Source: Bdellovibrionales bacterium RIFOXYD12_FULL_39_22
Lineage (GTDB): Bacteria > Bdellovibrionota > Bacteriovoracia > Bacteriovoracales > Bacteriovoracaceae
Direction of reading: 5' to 3'
Assembly: GCA_001770205.1 (NCBI GenBank)
Contig: MEQL01000035.1
Location: forward strand, 1 to 64,000
DNA: 64,000 bases
In this document: in pieces, positions 8,822 through 19,003 of the stretch
Position numbering within the stretch: the stretch's first letter is position 1
Layout of the letters: each line of letters begins with the position of its first letter
Notes under the pieces: generated by a model
What the model was told of the DNA's origin: nothing
Databases searched by the model: none
What the model saw: the letters and a program-made list of their open reading frames with translations, nothing else
Program-made: the position numbers and the translations under genes

Positions 8822-11800
8822 TTAATGTTGAGTGATAGACCAGGTTTGAGCAGTTATTTTATTCCCTTTATTATCAAATTCAAGAAAGCTGTACTTACCA
8901 TAGTGAGATAGTTTCTTTCCAATGTTGTTTTCGGCGGGAATTTCTTCATCTGGAGAGATGACTAAAAGGACAGGAAAAGTGTTTATGGTTAAGTTTAAGA
9001 CGATAAAATTGTTTTTACTTAAGCGATATGTTTTATTGTCATCGTCGATAAAGATGGCATTGTCGGCCAGTTTTATGCGAGGCTCTTCCGCCAGAAGATT
9101 TGTGATATCTGCGTTCATAATATCTCGAGCAGAGACAAAAAGCATGGTCGGGCGCACAATATTTTGGGAAAGATTCCCGGAAAAAGTTAAATGTTCTAGC
9201 TTATCTTCAGCACTACTTTCTGGAAGTAATTTAATTACTTCGCTAAGTTGCTCATTAACCTCTTCTTCATTAGGCAAAAAAGAGTAGAAATGTTTATTAG
9301 TTTTTCCGTAGAACATAAATAAAGTGGCCGGATTTTCTTTTTGTTCTAGCTTTCTCATTAGTTGAAAATCAGGATCTAGTAACACATCTGCCACCGGTTT
9401 TACTTCATGAAAGATTACTTTTCCGGCCAAAGTGCTCAGATGCACATTTTGCATACGATAGCTTTTGTCGGAGAAAATAATTTTCAGCGGCACCAGAAGA
9501 TCATACGGAGAATCATTTTTTTGAGTAAGAATTACTTCAACAATGGAAGACGTTATCTTTTTTTCTAGCGAAAGATTGGCAATATCGGTTCGCTCAATCC
9601 ATTGATTAAAAAACTCCATTAGAGGTTGTTGAGAGCTGTTTTCAAAGGATGGCCGAAGGTCGTGATAAGAGAGTGCGCTATAAGATTTTTTGTTGATAAT
9701 GTTAGTAAGTCCGCCAATAAATGCATTCGTTCCAATTTTATTTTCTAGCATGTGAAAAAACATCATTGCCTTGCCATAACCGATGGCCCGTGAGGCCGGA
9801 GAAAAGCGTCCTTGGAATTTAGAAAGAGGAAATACGTTCTCATCTGTTACCAGATTTTGGTAATCGCGTAAAACGCCTAAGCGATATTCTTTGCCTTTTT
9901 CTGGGGCGCTTAGTTGAGAGTATAAATAATCGGCCTCGTAAGTAGTTAGTCCTTCACACCAATTTCCTTCATCGAATTTAACATAAACAGAATTGCCCCA
10001 AAAGTTGTGTGCGAATTCGTGGCCTAATGAAATTTCGGTAATGAAAGAGTAGGGAATAATGTTGCGATCAAGCAGGGTATAAGACGCCATACCGTATCCA
10101 GTAGAGAAAAAATTACTCACTACGGAAAACTTGGAAAAAGGATAGCTGCCATATCGGTTAAGATATAGATCAAAGTATTTTTTTAATTTTTCCATATAGC
10201 TGGAGACATGCTGTGCTAGCTCGGGGTGGAAGTAGGTTTGTAAACGAACGCCCCGATGCATAATTTCCTCTATTTGATATTCTCCAGCGATTAAATGGAC
10301 TGATTCTGAAGGAAAGTTAATATCCCAGAAATCGATGTTTGATTGAGATCCTTCAATTAGATTGCGATGGATGCCAGTGGTAATAGTGTGCCACTTTGTT
10401 GGAACAGAGGCCATGATTTTAAATGTTTCGTTAGCAGATTCGACGTAAGGGTACCAATATCCGGCCGGTGATAGGTAAATCCCTTGTGGGCCGACTACGA
10501 TAGGATTTTCCTGTGATTGGCCAAAATGGTTATCTCCCTCGCCAGCGGTGGCATTGGGATCGACGGAGACGGAATAGGAAATTGTAAGTTTTCCATGATC
10601 TTCGTTATAGTTTGGCCTTATTTCCAAAGAGTTGTCCTTAGTGATCGTTTGAAATTCAACTAGCTGACTGTCTAGTTTAAGTGAGATATTTTGGGCAAGG
10701 GAGGTTATCTTTAAAAGTTCTGGAAGTTGATTAAATCCCAAAGTATCGGAGAGAATGTAGTGGCCATCTTTGGGAGACAGTTCGATTTGAATATTGTGCG
10801 CTACTGATTGAACAAAGGGATTTGGTGCATATTCGGGCCGAGAAGGAGCAAAAGTTTGTTCGGAACTAAGAAGAGAAGTAATAGGGCGTTTTATGAAATT
10901 AAAAAGTTTAATTATTCCATTTTCGTTAATAAGTCCGGCGTGATCCGAGATGGTATGCCACTCTTTTACTTTTCCCGAGGTTATATCTACGCTCGGAATT
11001 TGAATTTGATGCAGTGGGAAATGGTCACTTCCTTTGAAATAGGCAAATTCTAGCATTTTACTAAATTGGATATCACTGAGATCAAAGCTTTCAATGAAGT
11101 GAGTAAGATCCGGATTGGCCAATTCTCCTAGGAGGTAGAATTTCTGGCCATTGCTCCTGCCAACTCCATCAAAATTTAAATTGGCGACAATCTTGGAGGT
11201 CAGCTTATTAGTAAGCAGGGCCTGGGCAAAATGGGTTGACCCTTTTAATCCCCACTCTTCTCCGGAAAAAAAAGCAAAAATTATTCCAGTTTCAAATTTA
11301 TTCTTTCGATATTCTCCAGCGTAATATTGCGCTAATTCCATTAGCAGGGCCACACCAGAAGCGTTATCATCCGCTCCCGGATGCAAATCATTATTGATAT
11401 TTACTCCGAATCCATCTAAGTGGGCCGAAAGAATAATATTGCGATCACTTTTGCCGGGAAGGTGCATGATTAAGTTATTTCCGGCCATGCGTTTTTCATT
11501 CAGCGAGATTTTTATTTTTAAGGGGTGCGCGAAATGTATCAGCGAAGAGGGTATGGCCTGGGCCTGATCTATTAGAGAACTTATGGCCTGCTTGGTTATG
11601 TAAACGGCGGCGATGTTGTTATCAGAATAAGTATTTCCGGAAGAGAAAGATGAGGAACGAAGCTGAGATAAAACTAAATTCTCTTGTAATTCGTTGAGAT
11701 CGCCAAATCTATTGGAAACAGTGGAGTCAAGATATCCTGCCCAGAGGGTATCGTTTGATTTAACGCTATTTTTTTTTGCCACTACTAAAATAGCACTGGG

Positions 11801-12340
11801 ACTAAAAACTTTGATGCGATTGACGATCTCACTTAATGATAGATTTTGTTCAATAATTTTTTCGTTACACTCATTTTCAAAAAGAATGGCCAGTCGATTG
11901 GTAGACTGTTTGGCGGAAATTTCAAGCTCTTCACAAGAGACAATGTAAGCGCTGTCAAAGATTCGCTCTGTGGAGCTACTCGAATTAGAGAAGGGAAGAT
12001 AATCATCTCCCAGCGAAAGAGAGCGCTCGCCAATCGCAAGAGTGGTCTCTGTTGCGTTTAATTTCGTTATACTCAAATCAAACTTGCTAACAAATCCATC
12101 TTGTAAGGCGGCAAAGGGAACTAATTGTCCACTTCGTAGTAAATTTTTTCTGATGTAATCGATAGTGAGTAATTCTCCCTCCGTGGCCGCTAGGCGGCCT
12201 TGATATTTTTCAGAGGATAGTTCTTGAATATGCTTTAGAAAAATTCCGGCCTCTTGGGGAACTGCCAAGAGATTTGGGATGGCCCAAAGAATTAGTATTG
12301 TGCCCAGGAGAAGTTTGGTGATTAATCTAATTTTAGTCAT
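8822..12340 (-). CDS. Exported M28 (with PA-like insert) + M1 aminopeptidase fusion
   Basis: M28 motifs SAHLD, GADDNASG, FSGEEWGL, SDH, WHTISD; M1 motifs GYGM, HEFAH..CEGLT, GYGK. Start moved to MTKIRL, which has an AGAGGAG SD. Confidence 0.88.
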   Translation of the reverse strand: MTKIRLITKLLLGTILILWAIPNLLAVPQEAGIFLKHIQELSSEKYQGRLAATEGELLTIDYIRKNLLRSGQLVPFAALQDGFVSKFDLSITKLNATETTLAIGERSLSLGDDYLPFSNSSSSTERIFDSAYIVSCEELEISAKQSTNRLAILFENECNEKIIEQNLSLSEIVNRIKVFSPSAILVVAKKNSVKSNDTLWAGYLDSTVSNRFGDLNELQENLVLSQLRSSSFSSGNTYSDNNIAAVYITKQAISSLIDQAQAIPSSLIHFAHPLKIKISLNEKRMAGNNLIMHLPGKSDRNIILSAHLDGFGVNINNDLHPGADDNASGVALLMELAQYYAGEYRKNKFETGIIFAFFSGEEWGLKGSTHFAQALLTNKLTSKIVANLNFDGVGRSNGQKFYLLGELANPDLTHFIESFDLSDIQFSKMLEFAYFKGSDHFPLHQIQIPSVDITSGKVKEWHTISDHAGLINENGIIKLFNFIKRPITSLLSSEQTFAPSRPEYAPNPFVQSVAHNIQIELSPKDGHYILSDTLGFNQLPELLKITSLAQNISLKLDSQLVEFQTITKDNSLEIRPNYNEDHGKLTISYSVSVDPNATAGEGDNHFGQSQENPIVVGPQGIYLSPAGYWYPYVESANETFKIMASVPTKWHTITTGIHRNLIEGSQSNIDFWDINFPSESVHLIAGEYQIEEIMHRGVRLQTYFHPELAQHVSSYMEKLKKYFDLYLNRYGSYPFSKFSVVSNFFSTGYGMASYTLLDRNIIPYSFITEISLGHEFAHNFWGNSVYVKFDEGNWCEGLTTYEADYLYSQLSAPEKGKEYRLGVLRDYQNLVTDENVFPLSKFQGRFSPASRAIGYGKAMMFFHMLENKIGTNAFIGGLTNIINKKSYSALSYHDLRPSFENSSQQPLMEFFNQWIERTDIANLSLEKKITSSIVEVILTQKNDSPYDLLVPLKIIFSDKSYRMQNVHLSTLAGKVIFHEVKPVADVLLDPDFQLMRKLEQKENPATLFMFYGKTNKHFYSFLPNEEEVNEQLSEVIKLLPESSAEDKLEHLTFSGNLSQNIVRPTMLFVSARDIMNADITNLLAEEPRIKLADNAIFIDDDNKTYRLSKNNFIVLNLTINTFPVLLVISPDEEIPAENNIGKKLSHYGKYSFLEFDNKGNKITAQTWSITQH

Positions 12341-12368
12341 AGTAAAGACTCCTCTATAATATTTTCTG

Positions 12369-13220
12369 CTAGCGAGCAGTTTCAACTTTGTTTTTATCGT
12401 AATTAAATTGTGATCCCATGGTGCTGTGAGGAATAGTGTATATTAGCAGGAGGATCACAGCGGCAATAATCATACTTCGATTGTTTGTTCGGCGAAAATT
12501 CATAAACAGAGCGATGGCCCAAAAAATTGCGGAGATTAAAACTTTATTGTCAGTTAGATCCCATCCAAAGGGGATACCGGCCCAATATTCTCCAAAGGCA
12601 TATTTTTGTACAATCGGCCCCAAAACAAGTCCTCCTAAAAAAAGCGTGCTGACTGTATACCAAATTAGTTTGCGAACGCTTTTGGCCTTGTAGACGGCCT
12701 CAAATCCCGTTAATGTTGAAAAGAGCATGGCCAGGAACATAAAAACAATATGCGGAATAAGAATTGAAAGAGGAACATCTCCTTTAAAACGGATAAAGAT
12801 CGGATTGTCTACACTCCCAAAATTTTCCGCTTTGTCGTTGTTAGTGAAAACAATATAATACTGCAGCTTTCCGGCAGGAGGTTGGTTGGGGAGTTGTGTG
12901 ATAAATTGCTTGTTGGCAGCATCATAGGAAAATGCTTGTTCGCTCCAAGCGTCGTTGGTGGGGAAGCGTTTAAAAAATATTTTAGCACTCTTTTTTTCGT
13001 CGTTAAAGGCGGGAATGGTAATCGGAGCGTTGGTAGTTCCGCCATGACTTCTTAGTAATTTAATCTTTACTTTCTGGCCGCTATCTTGGTAGGAGAAGCG
13101 TTGTGGATAAGTTGGGCCGGTTCCTCGTTGGTAGATTACCGCCAAAAGGGTTAACAAAATAGTTAACGGTACGGTCCTGGAAAATTTTTGCTTATATTTA
13201 TACGTTACGGAATCTGACAT
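12369..13220 (-). CDS. Conserved hypothetical multi-pass membrane protein
   Basis: N-terminal TM, periplasmic domain (GPTYP, QPPAGKLQY), then about 4 TM helices (LGPIVQKYAFG, WDLTDNK). Confidence 0.8.
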   Translation of the reverse strand: MSDSVTYKYKQKFSRTVPLTILLTLLAVIYQRGTGPTYPQRFSYQDSGQKVKIKLLRSHGGTTNAPITIPAFNDEKKSAKIFFKRFPTNDAWSEQAFSYDAANKQFITQLPNQPPAGKLQYYIVFTNNDKAENFGSVDNPIFIRFKGDVPLSILIPHIVFMFLAMLFSTLTGFEAVYKAKSVRKLIWYTVSTLFLGGLVLGPIVQKYAFGEYWAGIPFGWDLTDNKVLISAIFWAIALFMNFRRTNNRSMIIAAVILLLIYTIPHSTMGSQFNYDKNKVETAR

Positions 13221-13263
13221 ATGGCCTACTAACAAAAGTGCACATTATTTAGAGGAGCAGATA

Positions 13264-14106
13264 ATGGATAATTTATCAAAAAGAGTCAAAGTAATTTTAT
13301 CGCTAAGCAGCTTTTTCATGCTTTGGGTAAATGCAGAGGGAAGTGAGGCCAGCTCGACCACCACCTATGAACATAAGGCCCGTCCCTGGGAGGTTGAATT
13401 TGTAAATACTTTTGAACTTAATCGTGATCGGGAATCCTATGAAGTTAACGGTTTTTTCAATAAATTAGATAGTAGTTTTTTGCACTCGCTAACATCTTAT
13501 GATCAAGTTCGTCTTTTTGGCACGCTAATGTATCAAAACATTGAGGGTACACCTACCAAGTCCTCTTTGGATTTTATAGAGGCAATGTATCGAAGAAAAT
13601 CTATTTTAAAGGAGCAAGATCATTTTTTTAATTTGGATTTGGAACTAAAAAGTTATTACTCAACCGATGACGATTTTCGAGAAATGAGTTCTCAAAATGG
13701 CGCATTTATCCCGCAACTTGTTTTTAGTAAGAATTTTACCCACCGATTTTCACTTGAAAGTAAGTTACGACACATGTTCTATTTTAAACGGAACAACGAT
13801 CCCACTACTTTGGATGAGGAATTTAGAATCTATCTATCCCCTTCTTACTATGTTCCGCCAGGTATAATTTTCAACACCCTCTTTACGTATAAGCACACTC
13901 ATAGAGTTGGAGATACTCCCAGGTTGCCGCAAGATTTTGATCGCTTGAAAGTAATGCCATCGGTAATGGTGATGCTTAATCGCAGTGCCATGTTACAGTT
14001 TTATGCTGATACTGAAATTGCCAAGTCCTATGATCATCGCTTGATAAATCAGCACTGGAGAGATGCGATGACCTATGGAGCGGCCATCTACTTTACGCTT
14101 TTATAG
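13264..14106 (+). CDS. Putative outer-membrane beta-barrel protein
   Basis: Signal peptide, alternating aromatic/hydrophobic strands, C-terminal YGAAIYFTLL; GAGGAG SD. Confidence 0.6.
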   Translation: MDNLSKRVKVILSLSSFFMLWVNAEGSEASSTTTYEHKARPWEVEFVNTFELNRDRESYEVNGFFNKLDSSFLHSLTSYDQVRLFGTLMYQNIEGTPTKSSLDFIEAMYRRKSILKEQDHFFNLDLELKSYYSTDDDFREMSSQNGAFIPQLVFSKNFTHRFSLESKLRHMFYFKRNNDPTTLDEEFRIYLSPSYYVPPGIIFNTLFTYKHTHRVGDTPRLPQDFDRLKVMPSVMVMLNRSAMLQFYADTEIAKSYDHRLINQHWRDAMTYGAAIYFTLL

Positions 14107-14213
14107 ATCTATTTTTTCAGGCAGCGAAATATTCCCTTGAAATTCAAAAGAACTACACTTAGAATTATCTAAGCTAATATTATTGTCGCATAGTCACAAT
14201 CAAGGAGAGTAAC

Positions 14214-14462
14214 ATGGCAGATAATGATCTTAAGGCCGAGATCGAGCGATTAAAGGCCGAAAACTTACAGCTAAAGGCCAAGCGGAAAAGTGGTGGAGAT
14301 ATTTCCTTTAAAGTTAGTGCTAAAGGGGCCGTTTCCGTCTATGGATTAGGCCGTTTTCCGGTTACTCTCTACAAAGAGCAATGGGATAGATTACTAGTTA
14401 AAATTGATGAGCTAAAAGAGTTTATTACTGAGCATGAATCAGAGCTGACCACCAAAGGTTAG
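14214..14462 (+). CDS. Small conserved protein, coiled coil + KVSxKGxVSVYGLGRFPVTLYxEQW domain
   Basis: AAGGAG SD; motif recognised from a widespread uncharacterised small-protein family. Confidence 0.85.
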   Translation: MADNDLKAEIERLKAENLQLKAKRKSGGDISFKVSAKGAVSVYGLGRFPVTLYKEQWDRLLVKIDELKEFITEHESELTTKG

Positions 14463-14475
14463 AAACAGGCATTAA

Positions 14476-14910
14476 ATGCTCAAACAACTTACTTCCGAAA
14501 ATTTAGATCGCGTGGCCCGGGATGAAAAGGGTATCTATCTTATTAAGTTTACCAGTACTACCTGCGCTCCTTGTCGCACGATGGCCCCGGTGGTGGAATC
14601 TTTCAAGCAACATAATCCGCAAATTGGAGTTTATGAAGTGGATACAGGGGCATCTCCGGAGTTGGCGGCCCATTTTCAAATTAGAGGCGTACCAACAATT
14701 CTTTTTTGTCGTGGACGAGAGATCTTATATTCATTTTCGGGAGTGCGCTCAGAGGCCGACTTACACTATATGGCCACACATATGGATGATCCCTACTTTA
14801 AAGAACATGGAGAGTTTGAAGTAAAACCTGCCAAACAGAGTTGGTGGTTTGCTGGCTCGATTATTGGGATCGTTATATTTTTTGTATTACTCTATATCTT
14901 TGCGTCGTAG
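14476..14910 (+). CDS. Thioredoxin-family protein with C-terminal membrane anchor
   Basis: CAPC active site, IRGVPT cis-Pro loop, hydrophobic C-terminal helix. Confidence 0.88.
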   Translation: MLKQLTSENLDRVARDEKGIYLIKFTSTTCAPCRTMAPVVESFKQHNPQIGVYEVDTGASPELAAHFQIRGVPTILFCRGREILYSFSGVRSEADLHYMATHMDDPYFKEHGEFEVKPAKQSWWFAGSIIGIVIFFVLLYIFAS

Positions 14911-14973
14911 CGAGATGAAACATTCCGCCAAATGGCCATAAAAAACTAATTATTTAGCGAAAACAGATATGGC

Positions 14974-16626
14974 CTATTTAAGATGGCCATAAAAAATATC
15001 CAAGATTTCAATGCGTGGACGAATGAAGGTTGCAATAGTTATATGCAGAAGTGAGGCCGGAATTTTTTGTTCTAATTGATAAAATTTACGCAGTTTTTGG
15101 TTTTTTATCGCTGATAAAAAATCAATAGTGCTGGATTCTCCAACCATTCGTTCTAGACGAGCAATAAAAAGTAGGCAATGGTCGTTCAAGTAGTCGGGGA
15201 GTTTGTCCTTTTGATTAATAAAATCTTCCAAAATTAGTTTGCGCGTTTTGGTATGATTCTCTTTAATAAAACGAAACACATTAAAATAAAAGTGAGAGAT
15301 AATCCCTTCTGGATATTCCTTGAGATAGTCAGTGGCCATCTGAATTTGATGAAAGGCATTGTGAAAATCTTGGGCATCAAAATATTTTTGTGCCAAACTC
15401 ATGGCCCGCACACCATCTTTGAAGTTTTTATCAGTTGGTGAGTTGTTAGAAATGATGCGTTCATGTTGGGAAATATCATTAATCCCTTGGGCCGAAAAAA
15501 TATTGGTAAACTCATGATGTCGGCCCGGATAATATTTAGGTGCGGGGCCTTGAATGAATAGTGCTTTTTCTTTTTGGGGGTTGAATGTCAAGGCCGCCAC
15601 TGTGGAAAAAGTGGCGGGATCCAAATTCCACTCTTGGGCGCTATTATCTTTTTTTTGAGTAGGGGTAGTGGCAATTTCTAGTAGTGCCTCCTCTGTCCAA
15701 GTATTCTTTTTTTTAAAAACTTCAAGTTGTTTTAAGGCCATCTTTTGGCGCATTTGAGAATAATTTTCTTTACCAAGCGGAATGTAATTAGAAAATTCTT
15801 GCTCTTGTCCTTCAATGAAATTGCAAAAATATTTTATTTCGCGAGATTTTAGATTAATGATTTGGTGATGCCTTTCTTTGCCGATGTAGTTAAAAACTAA
15901 AATTTCACCATTTTTAAAACTCATGTAAATACCCCATGAGCTGATAGACTCATGGCGATTTAAATATTTTAAGGCCGTTTCCATATTTTCGGCCTCTTGT
16001 AGTAATCCGTAGATAATTTCAAAAATAGGGGTGCCATGCAGATTAAAGGTGTTGGAAAATTTTTGATGTAAGGCAAGTGTTATTCCTTTACTTGTCATGG
16101 CGTTGAGGGAGGGATAACAAAGGCCGGCGGTGCCAAAGGAGAAAATTTTTGGCCCACCATCACTTTCTAAAATAGTAGCACGTTCATAGAGATCAAAACT
16201 TCCAACTAGTGGAAAATCTAAAATGCGTAGATGGATTGGTTGATTATCTTCGTTGAGCATAAAGTAGCTAGAACATCCTAACAGCGTAGCAGGTAGCGAA
16301 GGGAACCAGGCGGAGATGCCGGAAATGATATCTGGCAGCAGATAGGCAAAAGCTATCTCCTCAAATGGAGCGCCTACACCACTAGAATATGCCTCAACTT
16401 TTTTGATGAAAGCAGGAAATTGTCGTTTGCCCAGCTTTAAAATTAACTGGATGGCCCCAAACAATATTTTGTCCACTGATTTCCAAGGGGTATTGGCCAG
16501 TGATTTTATCTGTATCAGGGAGTGGTTAAAATTATTTTTATCTTGCACTCCAAGTTTGTAAAAGTTTTCCTCGATAGTTCCGATAAAGTGATTGAGCGGT
16601 ATATTGTTGTGAGTCTCTGGCGACAT
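14974..16626 (-). CDS. C45-family autoproteolytic Ntn-hydrolase/acyltransferase with helical C-terminus
   Basis: G|CSS nucleophile site, HLRILDFP, NAMTSKGITLALH. Confidence 0.72.
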   Translation of the reverse strand: MSPETHNNIPLNHFIGTIEENFYKLGVQDKNNFNHSLIQIKSLANTPWKSVDKILFGAIQLILKLGKRQFPAFIKKVEAYSSGVGAPFEEIAFAYLLPDIISGISAWFPSLPATLLGCSSYFMLNEDNQPIHLRILDFPLVGSFDLYERATILESDGGPKIFSFGTAGLCYPSLNAMTSKGITLALHQKFSNTFNLHGTPIFEIIYGLLQEAENMETALKYLNRHESISSWGIYMSFKNGEILVFNYIGKERHHQIINLKSREIKYFCNFIEGQEQEFSNYIPLGKENYSQMRQKMALKQLEVFKKKNTWTEEALLEIATTPTQKKDNSAQEWNLDPATFSTVAALTFNPQKEKALFIQGPAPKYYPGRHHEFTNIFSAQGINDISQHERIISNNSPTDKNFKDGVRAMSLAQKYFDAQDFHNAFHQIQMATDYLKEYPEGIISHFYFNVFRFIKENHTKTRKLILEDFINQKDKLPDYLNDHCLLFIARLERMVGESSTIDFLSAIKNQKLRKFYQLEQKIPASLLHITIATFIRPRIEILDIFYGHLK

Positions 16627-16645
16627 AGTATCCTTGGAGTTTGAT

Positions 16646-16888
16646 ATGGCAGATAGTGTAACTTATTTGTTAGACGGGAACAACGAAACTGTAATCTTGG
16701 CGTGTTTGATTTTAGCGACCGTGCGCATTTATTTGGAAGTTATAAGATTTGATTTCGCCAAGCTACCAATTTCGAGGGTAATGGCCGAGCGACTTGGTCA
16801 AGACAGAATTAAAACAATTCACCGCACGGGACTATATTTGAGTATTGGGTACATCGTCTTATTCTCTCCACAATATCTAATCGGTTGA
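16646..16888 (+). CDS. Small two-TM membrane protein
   Basis: GGAG SD at 16636; two hydrophobic helices. Confidence 0.7.
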   Translation: MADSVTYLLDGNNETVILACLILATVRIYLEVIRFDFAKLPISRVMAERLGQDRIKTIHRTGLYLSIGYIVLFSPQYLIG

Positions 16889-16978
16889 CGAATCAGTTAG
16901 TGACAGCAATGGCCATGTTCGATAGAAATGTTATGGCCGGATGGACAAAGAAGGATAATATGCGATAGGTAAGAAGGT

Positions 16979-18148
16979 TTATGCCTTCATGACTTTAAAG
17001 TACAAGATGCCATCTTCATATTTTTGGTCAATTTTTTTATTATTTACCAAATTATCAACACTAAATCTTTTAGTTATTAGCTCAGAACGCTTGGATTCAT
17101 TTGTGACACCATCTGGTTCTTCTAGTTTTTCGTTATATCGCCTAGCAATGGTAAGCGTAATATTTTTTTCATTTGCGTTAAGTGAAACGCTCTCCTTTTC
17201 ATACTCAGGAATTTCTAGTGAAATAATATAGCTTTTGGCATGTTCCTGAATATGTGGATCTAATTTTGTCATTTGATAAAAGTCATTTTCCATTTTATCA
17301 ACGAGATTTGCTTTATAAGCACTATTTTTTTCAACCAAATTATCTATTTCTCCTTTAAATTGTTTTTGCAATCGTGCAATAACGGCCTGTTGGTTAGTGA
17401 TCAGATCTTTGTATTTTTTGTTATGAGCTTCAGCACTTTGTTGCATTAGATTTTGAAAATATTGCTTAGAGGTATTCATATGAAAATTATGATTAGCTTC
17501 TAACGCTTGGAATTGTTTGTTTTGCTCTCCGATTAATTTGTTGATATTCATTTTGTGTTCAATGCTAGCGTTAGAGCTTCTCATTTGGTAATCACTATTG
17601 GCCTGTTCTAACTTGTCTGAAAACGCTCTCTCCGCATCATTGAGTTTATTTTTATTTTCAGAAATTCGTTTATTCATCAGACCTCGAGTGTCTCTGGTGT
17701 GGGCCTGAATTTGACTATTGGCCTTGTTGGTAATGTTGCCCATGCCCATTTGTGTTTCAAAATCTAGATCTTGTAGATAGTTTTGGTTGCGAGCGTGTTC
17801 TTCTTCTAGAGAGAGTGAAAACTCATTTTCCACGGCCTGCAATCGATCTTGTTGATTGGCCTTTAACATCAATTGTTCTTGTTCTAGACGATTATTTGTT
17901 TCTTTAACGTTAGCACTATATTCTCCGATTCTCTGTTGATACTCATCTGCAATTTGAATAAGGTGTTTTTGGTTATTGTCCCGGGCCTTGACTGCTTGTA
18001 TATCTCCTTCGGTCTTAATTCCCTCTGTGCGCAAATCGTAGTGTTGATCTAGATCTTTTAAATCTTGCTCCCGGCGGGCAATTTTGGCCCTTATCTTGTT
18101 TTCTATTGCCTGTAAATTGCGATTAACTTCATTGTTTTCTACTTTCAT
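16979..18148 (-). CDS. Coiled-coil protein with C-terminal Hsp20/alpha-crystallin-like domain
   Basis: About 290 aa of Q/N/E/K-rich heptads, then YIISLEIPEYEKESVSL...KYEDGILYFKVMK. Confidence 0.75.
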   Translation of the reverse strand: MKVENNEVNRNLQAIENKIRAKIARREQDLKDLDQHYDLRTEGIKTEGDIQAVKARDNNQKHLIQIADEYQQRIGEYSANVKETNNRLEQEQLMLKANQQDRLQAVENEFSLSLEEEHARNQNYLQDLDFETQMGMGNITNKANSQIQAHTRDTRGLMNKRISENKNKLNDAERAFSDKLEQANSDYQMRSSNASIEHKMNINKLIGEQNKQFQALEANHNFHMNTSKQYFQNLMQQSAEAHNKKYKDLITNQQAVIARLQKQFKGEIDNLVEKNSAYKANLVDKMENDFYQMTKLDPHIQEHAKSYIISLEIPEYEKESVSLNANEKNITLTIARRYNEKLEEPDGVTNESKRSELITKRFSVDNLVNNKKIDQKYEDGILYFKVMKA

Positions 18149-18164
18149 AGTTATACGTCCAAAG

Positions 18165-18491
18165 TTAAGGCCCAATGCTTGTATTATTTATTTGTTCTGC
18201 ATTAGTCAGTGGATCTGAACAATGTGGTTGCATTTTTCCAGTATATCCCGGACACATCCAAGAACGAAGTAACTCTATTTTGATAGATAATTCTCCCCCA
18301 TGATAAGTCTGATAAGCGATTGGATCGAGGGTTGAGGTTATAGTATATCCATTAGGATCGCGATTAGTTTTTTGCGCTTGCGAAAGATAGTATTGGTAAA
18401 CGCGATATTCGGCAAAGGCGGATGAGGATAAAACGATAAGTATCATCACTAACGCCAGAGAAAAGATAAATGTTTGATTGCTATTTTTCAT
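18165..18491 (-). CDS. Small exported hypothetical protein
   Basis: Signal peptide (AFA|EYRVY), STLDP motif, WMCPG..C. Confidence 0.75.
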   Translation of the reverse strand: MKNSNQTFIFSLALVMILIVLSSSAFAEYRVYQYYLSQAQKTNRDPNGYTITSTLDPIAYQTYHGGELSIKIELLRSWMCPGYTGKMQPHCSDPLTNAEQINNTSIGP

Positions 18492-18506
18492 ATTTACTAC
18501 ATTATC

Positions 18507-18812
18507 CTATTGTAGGCTAGGCGTTCCAATGCGCACTCTGTTTTCCAGCATGTATAAAAATGTTTGGATAAAAATTTTTTTATCATCGTCGCTAAGACGA
18601 GATAGTACGGCCTGTTTTTTTTCAATACTTTTAAAGCGTGCAATGCGCTGGATAATTCTTTCAGTTATAATTTTGTTCTTGGTTGGTATGGAGGATAGTT
18701 TGTCATCACAAGTAACTTCGGTCCATGATTTATTTAAAACAGGGAAGTGGCCGGCGATTGTTAATTTAATAAGAGATGTCAGGGCGTTTTCGTCGTTGTC
18801 ATTTACCTTCAC
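18507..18812 (-). CDS. Small hypothetical protein
   Basis: GTG start at 18812 with GAGGA SD; co-oriented with downstream genes. Confidence 0.65.
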   Translation of the reverse strand: MKVNDNDENALTSLIKLTIAGHFPVLNKSWTEVTCDDKLSSIPTKNKIITERIIQRIARFKSIEKKQAVLSRLSDDDKKIFIQTFLYMLENRVRIGTPSLQ

Positions 18813-19003
18813 GGCCAGGATCCTCGCATTCAAAAGTAATAGAAGCGTCCTCTTCTTAATAATATATAGTATAATAAATTGATCGCACTTATTAGACGGT
18901 AGCTTTTTCCGGCCATATTTGAGCAAAATGTTTTAGTATATATTTACTTGGAGTCTTGGTTCGCTTCGGGGTATAATAAGGTGGCATTTTACAGGAGGTA
19001 GAA

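Noticed and set aside
18478..18882. 134-aa + strand ORF
   Set aside because: Antisense to a minus-strand gene that has an SD and fits the local operon direction
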